This document shows positions 55,464 to 64,000 of a DNA stretch of 64,000 nucleotides, one piece after another. The notes beneath the pieces are model-generated. The model was not told where the DNA came from. It made no database searches and was given only the letters and a program-made list of their open reading frames with translations. The stretch spans positions 434,001 to 498,000 of the forward strand of contig CDRNVI010000021.1 in assembly GCA_977017575.1 (NCBI GenBank), in the 5' to 3' direction. Made by a program: the position numbers and the translations under genes. Every line of letters begins with the position of its first letter. Positions within the stretch are counted from its first letter, which is position 1. The DNA comes from Paramoeba atlantica (taxonomy: Eukaryota > Protista > Discosea).

Positions 55464-56144
55464 ATGATGACAGTTAGAATTTCTGCTGCGGATGATGCGC
55501 CGCGTTCTGCAACAAGACTGGGAAGAGTACGTGCGTTTATGAGTCCAGAAACTAGTCTAAACTTCTTTTTACAGAACGTGCATAACGCGCATGTAACTTG
55601 GACGTCTGATAATCCCATTCAAAAGTGGTACAACGTGCGGACAAACGACCCAAGCATACTTCGCCTGGAATGGATGTCTCTTGGCTTATCCGGCAACCTT
55701 TCTTGGGCATTTGTTCCCAACCGTGTCGTTGATCTAAAATTGCAAAATAATAGGCTAGAAGGTAGTATTGACCCCTCTGTCCTCCCGCCAACGCTTTCGA
55801 TTTTGTGGTTAAACCGCAATAAATTTTCAGGAGAGCTTGATCTTACATCACTTCCCGCTGGACTTACGCAGTTGTGCGTAAATCAAAATAACCTTTCTGG
55901 CAGTTTAAATCTTCAACATTTGCCGTTGGGATTGACTTGGCTCTGGTTGAACACGAATCACTTTTCCGGCACAGTTTCGTTGAACGGTCTTCCTGAAACT
56001 TTGAAAGAACTTTATTTGGGGGACAATGAGCTAGAAGGTACAGTTGATGTAGGTCTGCTTCCTTTTGGAATGAACGTTATCAGTCTACATGGTCAAAATA
56101 AGTTTCACGTGGTGGGTGTTCATACTAATTACAGACACGATTGA
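55464..56144 (+). CDS. Short leucine-rich repeat protein, third paralogue
   Basis: LSGNLSWAFVPNRVVDLKLQNNRLEGS; LPPTLSILWLNRNKFSGELDLTSLPAGLTQLCVNQNNLSGSL. Confidence 0.9.
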   Translation: MMTVRISAADDAPRSATRLGRVRAFMSPETSLNFFLQNVHNAHVTWTSDNPIQKWYNVRTNDPSILRLEWMSLGLSGNLSWAFVPNRVVDLKLQNNRLEGSIDPSVLPPTLSILWLNRNKFSGELDLTSLPAGLTQLCVNQNNLSGSLNLQHLPLGLTWLWLNTNHFSGTVSLNGLPETLKELYLGDNELEGTVDVGLLPFGMNVISLHGQNKFHVVGVHTNYRHD

Positions 56145-56374
56145 TCCAGTATGATAGTACAGTGCGGAGAATCGTACTTTCATTTTAAAGTCTATAGATT
56201 CATAAAAATGTTCTATGGTTACGTATAATAACCACATTAAAGTTAATGAGGGACTGAAAATAGAAAAGGGGGAATTTTTAGTTTTGCTTTACTCTTGCGA
56301 GCTTTTAGTTCATCATTACAAATGATCTTAAAGAGATACTAATTCTACCATGAATTTCGTCCCAAGAAGGTAGT

Positions 56375-57260
56375 CCTCTCCCCCCCTACCCCGAGTCCGT
56401 CATTAGTCACCACGCACCCCTTCGCAACGACTACCACGCTACGAACCCACTACCCCCACGGCCTCCAAAACCAACCCCCTCTCCCCCTTTCCACCTTCCC
56501 CCCAGCCTCTCTCCCCCATGGTACTGCGCCACCCCTACCGCTACTGCGACCTCCCCGTCCTACGCTCTCACCTCAACAGCGCCCCACCCTCCCCTCCCCC
56601 GCCCCCCGCCTCCCACATCCCCTCCTTGCTCCCCCAACCCTCGGCGAAATATCTCACCGTGTCCCGGGCTCACTTCCCCGAGGTGGAGCCCGCGACGTTC
56701 CCCGCCCCCGCCTTCCCCAGTGGCCGTCGTCGGGTCACCCCCGCATGGGAGCGTGACGGGCGGTGTGTGCTGTGTGGGGTACCGTACAACTACTGGGGCT
56801 ACCACGTGGGGAAACGCGACCACCGGGCGCTGGAACTGGTCTACACCTCGCTGTGCCCCCCGGAGCGGTGGGATCGGGTGGGGGTGCTCCGCTCGGGGAT
56901 GTTTCGGAAAGCTGCGGGGGATGCGTTGAAGTGTCATGATGTGCGGGATCGGATTCGACGGGAGAGATTGCTATCCGGGATTGCGTTTTTAATGAAAAGA
57001 GGGGTGCTAACGGCGGACTGGCGGGTGGAAAATGACAAGGCGAATAATGGCACATATGTGATTCAACAACTTATGGTGCCACGACTGATGGGGTTGTTCC
57101 CCTATGGCACCGCGGATGACTACAGCGCTCTAGCGCAGCTGTCCGAGTCCCCGTATAATATGGAACTTGTCTGGTCGCAGCTCTCGCTTGAAACCTTGGT
57201 GAAGGAGGGGAGTAGGGTGTCTAAAGGACGCCAGTGGATGGAGCGAGCCTATCGAATACG
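56375..57260. other. C-rich to G-rich strand-skew island 4 (switch near 56740)
   Basis: 56581-56640: 43 C / 4 G. 56881-56940: 26 G / 10 C. The island begins about 140 bp upstream of the ATG. Confidence 0.9.
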
Positions 57261-57636
57261 CACCCTGGTGGGGAAGTTAGGGTTTTGTGACTTTATGATG
57301 CCCAGTCCGGGAGAAAGTGCAATGCTATCGGGTCCGGACCAAGCGATCAGTCAGTACGTGGTGAGCTCCCTGGTCGATGAACTCATTTATATTCAGTCTA
57401 TTGAACTGATGAGTCGTGCGCAAACGGTGTGGCTACGAGAGGCCTCGCGGGGGAGCACAACACTGGACAAACAGGAATCCAATCCGCGAAGGTTCGGAGT
57501 GAAAGTGGAACAAAGTTCCCTAGACGCCTCTTTAGAAAAATTAAACTCACACACGGATTCAGCCTCACCTGACTTGTGGAACTTAATTCCTATACCAGAA
57601 ACCAATCCCTTTGTTTCGCTTTGGAAAAGGGGGTAA
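56518..57636 (+). CDS. KREPB-like RNA editosome protein (U1-type C2H2 zinc finger plus degenerate RNase III fold)
   Basis: CVLCGVPYNYWGYHVGKRDH (CxxC-x9-H-x5-H); RIRRERLL; GTYVIQQLMVPRLMGLFP...NMELVWSQLSL resembles RNase III helices without the catalytic signature. Confidence 0.6.
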   Translation: MVLRHPYRYCDLPVLRSHLNSAPPSPPPPPASHIPSLLPQPSAKYLTVSRAHFPEVEPATFPAPAFPSGRRRVTPAWERDGRCVLCGVPYNYWGYHVGKRDHRALELVYTSLCPPERWDRVGVLRSGMFRKAAGDALKCHDVRDRIRRERLLSGIAFLMKRGVLTADWRVENDKANNGTYVIQQLMVPRLMGLFPYGTADDYSALAQLSESPYNMELVWSQLSLETLVKEGSRVSKGRQWMERAYRIRTLVGKLGFCDFMMPSPGESAMLSGPDQAISQYVVSSLVDELIYIQSIELMSRAQTVWLREASRGSTTLDKQESNPRRFGVKVEQSSLDASLEKLNSHTDSASPDLWNLIPIPETNPFVSLWKRG

Positions 57637-57944
57637 TCCTGAACTCGTTCTGCCAAATTTCACCCGAATGCAGGTCACAGTTTTTCTTAGGGCTAGGTGA
57701 AGGAACCAGTTGACACAAGACTCGGTCAGTAAGTACATACATTAGTTGCTACATACATTGTTGTACATTACATTTTTATAGGTGCATGTACGCACAGTTA
57801 CGAAATTTTCTTTACACTTTACTATTTGCTTCATCTTTTTTGGTGTGTCACGGCATTCCTAATATTTACAAAAGTATCTCACTGATACACCATTTAGCAT
57901 GCAAATAATGGATGTTAACAATCACACGGAATTTACGATCCTGA

Positions 57945-58385
57945 ATGTCACTGTTTAGACGTACTTTCTTAAAACTGATTGGGGGACGCTTTAGTGTAAA
58001 ATGCAACTACTGCAATCGCTTACTTCCACTGGCCAATATAGCCAACCCGAAGGCCATTCGTGAGAATCCCGACATTGTGTGTTGCGTAGGCTGTCGCAAG
58101 CAGTGCTCCTCCTGCCAACAGTACATCATTTCTAAGTCGGCATTCATAATGGCAGATACACTCTGCAATCGGTGTTTCATTACTCGTAAGGCAGCACTTG
58201 GCAACGTACTGTTCCGCTATCCGCAGCTAAATTTTAGACAAAGCCCATTCCCCGACACCAAGCTTCGAGAGGAGCTAGAGAAGGAGCGGGTAGAAGGAGA
58301 AAAAAGACGTACAACTCGGGGAGGGTTGAGCGATGCGGAGTTGAGACGTAGATATTATCACCGACACAAACACCGCCCTCAGTAA
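57945..58385 (+). CDS. Small Cys-rich putative zinc-binding protein with a likely mitochondrial presequence (146 aa)
   Basis: MSLFRRTFLKL; four CxxC pairs (CNYC, CVGC, CSSC, CNRC); basic C-terminus. Confidence 0.75.
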   Translation: MSLFRRTFLKLIGGRFSVKCNYCNRLLPLANIANPKAIRENPDIVCCVGCRKQCSSCQQYIISKSAFIMADTLCNRCFITRKAALGNVLFRYPQLNFRQSPFPDTKLREELEKERVEGEKRRTTRGGLSDAELRRRYYHRHKHRPQ

Positions 58386-58734
58386 TACAGCCACAGCTTG
58401 ACAAACCTTTGGTTATTTTATACTACTTTTGTTTCAAGTCTGAACATTCTTATGCGTGTTGAGAACTTATGCGCCACTGGCCATCAACTGACAACATAGT
58501 GATGATGTGAATTTATTTTGATGTCCAGATGTGCTTTGCACAGCATGAATTATTCCACATATTCAATGTAGTTTTAAATCTTGTTCTTTATCTTGAGAGA
58601 GAAAAAATAGAGCACATGTACAGCGAATAGTATGGAATTTTACGGTATGACTATAGCCAAGAACAATAGAGTGATAGGAACATCACCTTGAGCCATTGAC
58701 CAGATCAAACGCATTCCCTACACCTGAAATTTTG

Positions 58735-60063
58735 ATGCCGAACCCCTCCTCTTCACCCACCTCTACCCCCGGCTCTAGAACTCTCCCCTTTACCCCACAC
58801 AGCACGCCCCTCCTTGTTCTTTTTGGCCTCCGAGGGACTTTAATCGAAACTTTGAGCTCCGGCTCCTTTTCTCAACACCTGCCACAAGCTCATACGTCTC
58901 CCAAGATCTGTCCTCACACCCGCCGTACGCCCCTCTACAAAATTACACCCTGTACTACTTTTCGCCAATCCGTACGTCCCAGTGATATTTTAAAACCTTT
59001 CCTCTCCTGGACCCAACCCCATGGGGCCTACCACCTCACCTCCCATGGCATCCACCCCACCCCTTTGATACGAGAAACTCATTACCTCTGGTTACGTCCC
59101 CATACTATTTCCTGTCTACGTAGACTACACAACGCACGTACATATAGAAATAAATTCATAAGAAGGAGCGAAAACGAGGGCATGAGCAAGAAGGAAGAAA
59201 TAAGAAAAAACAAAGGAAGGAGCAAAAATAAAGGATTAAACAAAGACGAAGAAATGAACAGAACCGAAGGAACAATAAGCCGAACCTATCAAATTGGACT
59301 CTGTAGCCTTTCCTACTGTACCGATGAACTCATACAGATTCTCAAATCTCTGTTCATTGACTTGCGACCCTATTTCGACATCATTATCGGTAAGGAGTGT
59401 TTTGTAAACACGGCAAACTCGTCTCCTGGTGCTTTGTGGGAATCCATGGAAGAGGTAAGTAGTCCGAATAGTGCACAATGGGTGGAAAGACTCCAGGATC
59501 CCACGCGGTATAGTTTGGCCCAGGAAGAAAGGTGTTCGGGTCTTGTAGAAGAACCAACAGGGGAAGATGGGAGAAACCTCGAAAAGGTCTCGGAGAGGTT
59601 GGATGCGGCTCACCCTTCTGGGGGAAAGCGGCTCTCTGTGTTGTGGGATTCCACACCGGGAGGCGAGGGGTTTCGTCCTTTGGGAATTCCATGGGTACGG
59701 AGGAGGAGGGGGGAGGGGGTGAGGGTTGTCCCACAACGTACGGTGTTGGTGGATCAGCTGGATTGCAGTGCCGAAGAAAGTGGTGGGAATTCGTTGATTG
59801 TTCCCCAATTTCGATTTCCAGGCTTGCCAGACAGGAGTGAGAGGGTGGAGTCTGGAGAAGAGGAGGTGGAGAGCCCGGATGCAGTAGAAAGATCAGTGGG
59901 TGTGATGGATAAAGGAAACTTCACGTCGAAAGAACTTTTTTATGAGATGCGTGATAATGCATTGCCCCTGGTGTGTGATATGCTCGAAGAGTTGGTGTTG
60001 ATCCCGGATGTACGTGGCGTTCTTCCTCTTAGGGTTTCAGTATCCTTTAAGGAATTTTTATAA
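58735..60063 (+). CDS. FCP1/NIF-like HAD-fold protein lacking the DxDxT catalytic motif
   Basis: LVLFGLRGTLIE (motif I position), LWLRPH, RTVLVDQ...NSLIVPQF, DNALPLV.DMLEEL..IPDVR.VL. Confidence 0.7.
   Translation: MPNPSSSPTSTPGSRTLPFTPHSTPLLVLFGLRGTLIETLSSGSFSQHLPQAHTSPKICPHTRRTPLYKITPCTTFRQSVRPSDILKPFLSWTQPHGAYHLTSHGIHPTPLIRETHYLWLRPHTISCLRRLHNARTYRNKFIRRSENEGMSKKEEIRKNKGRSKNKGLNKDEEMNRTEGTISRTYQIGLCSLSYCTDELIQILKSLFIDLRPYFDIIIGKECFVNTANSSPGALWESMEEVSSPNSAQWVERLQDPTRYSLAQEERCSGLVEEPTGEDGRNLEKVSERLDAAHPSGGKRLSVLWDSTPGGEGFRPLGIPWVRRRRGEGVRVVPQRTVLVDQLDCSAEESGGNSLIVPQFRFPGLPDRSERVESGEEEVESPDAVERSVGVMDKGNFTSKELFYEMRDNALPLVCDMLEELVLIPDVRGVLPLRVSVSFKEFL
58740..59900. other. C-rich to purine/G-rich strand-skew island 5 (within the NIF-like CDS)
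   Basis: C/T-rich at 58740-59110, A/G-rich at 59160-59290, G-rich at about 59440-59900. Confidence 0.7.
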
Positions 60064-60619
60064 AAGATGATTTTTAGAATCTTGTCTTTTAATTTTTTAC
60101 CATCTTGCATTCTATTTTTTGTTAGTATCTTGCCTTTCAAATTTTGAAATTCCAAACATTATATTTTTCTGAGTTGCACCATTGCTTCCCGTATCTTTTT
60201 GTTTGAATTCGTTGTACTTTGCAAATGTGCGTAATTTACTGGATAGCATTTATCAACTTGCTCTAAATATTAAAAATATCATAGAGGAAATATCATAAAG
60301 AAAACAGTACGCAAAGGAAAGGTTAGTCTACCTTTCTCTTACTCTTTTCCTCTTACTCGCTCTCGGGCGGTAGGTACAAATATTTGACGAAAAAATGATT
60401 TTTCAAAAATGGTCCTAATACGGTTTTTATTATTTACAAACTTTATTATATACTAAACGTCTCAAAGAACATTGCCTGTCATAGGTTTCGACCCTCTAAT
60501 ATATCACGATTTCGTTCTTTTATCCTACTGTACAGATGCTCTCTGATGGCATTTCTTTTTTCTAATGATTGTAGCCTTCCTTTTTCGGTCTATAATAAAT
60601 CTACCTTGAGCATTATTCC

Positions 60620-62695
60620 ATGAATTACGAAAGTCAAGAAAATATAGAATCGAGAGAAGTGGAAGTAGTCACAGGGTCAAGTATATCAGAGCACCACTTT
60701 CCAGAGAAAATTCTACCCACTGCCGGTCTAGAGGAAGCCCATAACATTGGTGCAATTGCAACGCACACTCAAAGATTGCTTCAGAGAGATTCGAATGAAA
60801 TTGTAGAGAATTCCAAAAGCAACTTATCTGACGGTAGCACAAATGATTCGTCGCAATGTTCTTTCTTCGAAGAAAATTGCATTCGTATTAGGGAAATATT
60901 TAATAAACTCCGGCATTCTGAGTCATGCGCGAACGAAGAGATTCTTCTTGCAACCCAGAACATTCGAGGTATTCTTATGGACCGAGAGACTCTCAAAAAT
61001 GAACTAGAAGAATTGCGTATGCGCTACACGGATGTGGAGCGGGTACTTTCTTCCAAACAGGCCGAAATAACTTCTCTGAAAGAGGAACTTGCCGCTGTCA
61101 AAATAGCGTGCAAAGAACTACAAGAAATAGATGAATTAAATTTCGCCGAGACCGATGTTGCAGCTGCTGAAGCGTCGCATTCTTCAAGAAAAAGAACTCG
61201 TCAAAAACTTTCAGCCCATCCTATAGAATTTTTCACACGTCGCGGCTTAAATCCAACCGAATTGCTCAGATTCTGGTTCAATGGGCACGACGAAATTTCG
61301 AACCTGACCAAGGAACGTGATCAATTCCGGGAATCTTGCACGATGCTTGAGTCGCAGCTTGCGGTAGAAAAGAAGAAGTGCAGTGAGTATACCGAAACTC
61401 GGGCAGCTATACTAAAAACTTGCGACCCTGCTCGAGTGGCAGGATTAAGTCGCAATATTTTGGATTTGGAGTCCGAAGTTCGTATACTACGCGCGAGCAG
61501 AAATACTGTTCAAAATTGTGAGGGAACTGGTTCGTCTAATCTGGTGCAACACAGATCAGAAGAACCCAGTGATACAGAAGAAGGCAAAGATATTTCAAGC
61601 GCGGCTGATGCGTTTCTGTATTCATCCCGGGATACAATTGCGGTAAATGAGAATTCATTGAACGATTCTAATTTGGCGAACGAAAGTGCAAGTAGCTTAA
61701 TCTCGGATACTGAAGAGTATCAAGCCAATAATATTGTCCCAGAAAGAAGGGAAAGAACGGTGCTTGTGACAAACCGATATGAACATTGCCCTACTGACTC
61801 GAGTTCTTTGGGAGGTGGTAATCGTAGCTCAAATGAAACAGTTAACACTAAAGTAACAGAAACGATGCTGAACGTCGCAAAAGAAGCATGGAACGCGGAG
61901 CGTTACGCACTACAAGGTGAAATCTCTAACTTAAATCGGGCACTACAATACAACACTTCTAATCAGAAATTTTATGACACGCTGAAATCAAACTTGGAAG
62001 TGCATCGCCAAAACTTTCAGCAAGAAGAAGCTCTCTCTTCTTTTACTGAAAATATAAAACGAAAATTGGATCAAGCGTGCTTTGCTTTGGAATTGTTGGC
62101 ATCAAATATTGAGACTCTTTCTGACGCGTTCGGCTCGATAGGCACGACTCACTCATCACAAGCAAAGGAACTATACGAAACTATCGAAGAACAAAAGTCT
62201 ATTTCTACAAACATTCTACGGACGCTCTCTTCTAACATTTTTTTGACATCTAATGAGAACGAAGTCGAATCACGCACTCAAGTCGACTCAAATTATACGC
62301 CTCCACAAAACCAAAATGATGTCGTGACTCAGAAATACACAGAATCTAGAACTAGATTTGGCACTGCGGCTCACGTACAACTTATGGGAAGCGCGGAGCC
62401 GTCGCGCGATGTTTCTCCTCCATGTATTGTGGAAGATAAATCCGAAAGCGAATTGAAATTTGATTTAGTGGCCTCTAATCGCACGGATGAAGATAAGCTC
62501 TCGACCGAACACGAATTACCGGGCCAAGCAGCGTCAATTCTCAGTGAACGTGCAGAGGAGGCAAATGTCTCTTTGGCGAATACTCACGTACCTAGAGCGG
62601 AGAGTCAATTACACGAACCCTCCGTAGATAGTCAACTACATGATACGGCTTCGACTGATACGCTGGGAGAGACTAATCCTTGGTGGCTATTCTAA
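60620..62695 (+). CDS. Hypothetical 691-aa protein with coiled-coil and low-complexity S/E/T regions
   Basis: Long ORF with heptad-like segments (LKNELEELRMRY..VERVLSSKQAEITSLKEEL); no recognisable domain. Confidence 0.8.
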   Translation: MNYESQENIESREVEVVTGSSISEHHFPEKILPTAGLEEAHNIGAIATHTQRLLQRDSNEIVENSKSNLSDGSTNDSSQCSFFEENCIRIREIFNKLRHSESCANEEILLATQNIRGILMDRETLKNELEELRMRYTDVERVLSSKQAEITSLKEELAAVKIACKELQEIDELNFAETDVAAAEASHSSRKRTRQKLSAHPIEFFTRRGLNPTELLRFWFNGHDEISNLTKERDQFRESCTMLESQLAVEKKKCSEYTETRAAILKTCDPARVAGLSRNILDLESEVRILRASRNTVQNCEGTGSSNLVQHRSEEPSDTEEGKDISSAADAFLYSSRDTIAVNENSLNDSNLANESASSLISDTEEYQANNIVPERRERTVLVTNRYEHCPTDSSSLGGGNRSSNETVNTKVTETMLNVAKEAWNAERYALQGEISNLNRALQYNTSNQKFYDTLKSNLEVHRQNFQQEEALSSFTENIKRKLDQACFALELLASNIETLSDAFGSIGTTHSSQAKELYETIEEQKSISTNILRTLSSNIFLTSNENEVESRTQVDSNYTPPQNQNDVVTQKYTESRTRFGTAAHVQLMGSAEPSRDVSPPCIVEDKSESELKFDLVASNRTDEDKLSTEHELPGQAASILSERAEEANVSLANTHVPRAESQLHEPSVDSQLHDTASTDTLGETNPWWLF

Positions 62696-63080
62696 TAAGT
62701 AAAACTGAAACATAAACTTTGTCCAAAATTGGTATAAGAATCTAGTCAACGCGTGCTCATGTTCTCGGGAAATCATGGGGTGTACTTACTAAATGGGCTT
62801 GTGTGTTAGTTGAAAAAATGAGTTGAATCACACACTTACAGTGTGGATGTACAGTGTGGATGTAGCTCTAATAGGTTTTTCGGGTCAGTGCTACGTAAAG
62901 CGTCCGAAACTTGATATGCCTTATATTAATTTGATATAAGGTGTATTAATTTGATAAGTGCTGCATGTTTCAGAGTAAATCAATTCATTGCAACTGTTGT
63001 TTTAATCTTATATTGTTAATTTCTAAAGGCTATATTCGAGTCTTGGCTTTAATAATAAATAATTTGAAAGCATCCTTCCA

Positions 63081-63695
63081 ATGTTCTCCCTTACGCGTAC
63101 CGCATTGTACTATGGAAAAAGGGAGCTTTTCGAAATGTCTCGTCTTCTAACTGGTCGAGGCAAGCATGAATCGAGAATAGGAATCACCTACGTACGTGCT
63201 CATCTCCGCATCACCACTAACTATCGCTTATATTTAAAAAGCCGTTATGAGAGGGGGCTGCGACGGTCCTTGCTTCAGGGCGCTTTTTATGAGCATGGAA
63301 CCGACTACGTTAGAGCCATAAACGACATCGCTAGGCAGAAAATAGGTTTTCTTCCCATATCCTTGATAACTTTGGCCCGATATGAGCCCATGGCATTTCG
63401 GTCTCTGCTAGAATTGGTGAGCAGTGGGATCTCACCTCCGCCTCACCAAGCTGATCCATATCAAGTACAAGATACATCTACCTCATACGTTGATACCATG
63501 ATTAGCGAGTTACGCAAATTTGGGGAATATGGTAATCCCGTCTCGAAGATTGCACCTCAGGATTTGAAAAATACGTGGAAGGAGTTCCTCGACGACGATG
63601 AACTGAAAGAACTTGAGTCTTCTGAAAACGATGAAATGAGGGGCTATGCAAAATCTGTTGCCTCGGGAAATTTAAATAGGATTAATCAAGGTTGA
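63081..63695 (+). CDS. MRPL20: Mitochondrial ribosomal protein bL20m
   Basis: Presequence-like N-terminus; KRELFEMSRLLTGR...EHG..Y.......I.....L..LA.YEP..FRSL matches the L20 pattern. Confidence 0.78.
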   Translation: MFSLTRTALYYGKRELFEMSRLLTGRGKHESRIGITYVRAHLRITTNYRLYLKSRYERGLRRSLLQGAFYEHGTDYVRAINDIARQKIGFLPISLITLARYEPMAFRSLLELVSSGISPPPHQADPYQVQDTSTSYVDTMISELRKFGEYGNPVSKIAPQDLKNTWKEFLDDDELKELESSENDEMRGYAKSVASGNLNRINQG

Positions 63696-64000
63696 ATGAA
63701 ATGGTTGTAAAAACATTATTCAAATCATTAAAAAAAATTACTGAACCATTTCTGAGAGTGTTAGTATGATAGTGAGCGCTTCCTTTTTTTATTACATTGG
63801 TGTAGTTTAATACTATTTCTGCAATAAATATAATATTTACACAAACCTACCATTTTTGTTTACATACAGCATTTTCTCCATGAAGTTTATACCTAATTTT
63901 GGGATACGCGAAAGGTGCCATCCTTCGAATATAGTATCCAGAAAACGCCTTATGTCGTTTGGGGTCCGCGGATACTGCGACCCGCCAATTTCGCAAGTCG

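Noticed and set aside
42464-62955. Isolated two-copy tandem duplications (18 bp at 42464, 20 bp near 50965, 13 bp near 62837, tattaatttgata near 62924)
   Set aside because: Ordinary slippage products in AT-rich spacers with no shared motif.
30904-63695. Genome-wide stop-codon reassignment (Blastocrithidia-like)
   Set aside because: There is only one internal stop among about 21 genes, and TAA, TAG and TGA all end recognisable genes.
63952-64000. Possible start of the next + strand gene (MSFGVRGYCDPPISQV...)
   Set aside because: Only 16 codons before the window ends; it cannot be supported.

Overview
Eukaryotic nuclear DNA from a kinetoplastid. The evidence is trypanosome-type H4/H2A, a KREPB-like editosome protein, and intronless co-oriented genes preceded by pyrimidine tracts. 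The compactness and a family of short LRR proteins suggest a Perkinsela-like lineage (inference). Bases 1-28650 are a tandem array of a ~2.77 kb unit carrying all four core histones in one orientation (H3-H4-H2A-H2B). There are 10 complete units plus an 11th H3; the array continues left of the window and breaks just before an H4 ATG. Bases 28651-30731 are a junction zone with a 25-bp minisatellite and the only plausible minus-strand gene, a pogo/CENP-B-like HTH ORF behind a TA-flanked TIR-like end. Bases 30.9-63.7 kb hold about 21 plus-strand genes: MSH3 (one in-frame TAG), GlnRS, PEX14, p24, proteasome alpha5, a MAPK, NOG1, a bromodomain protein, eIF3i, a J-protein, a degenerate Cry-DASH, a KREPB-like protein, a NIF pseudophosphatase, bL20m, three LRR paralogues and hypotheticals. 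Three MITE-like elements lie between genes. The most unusual signals are: (i) five 0.9-1.2 kb islands where the + strand flips from extremely C-rich to extremely G-rich regardless of gene boundaries; (ii) an apparent cut-and-paste DNA transposon family; (iii) the single stop in an otherwise intact MSH3; (iv) a histone quartet whose histones keep canonical modification sites that trypanosomatids lack. All domain calls come from motif recognition by eye; no searches were run.
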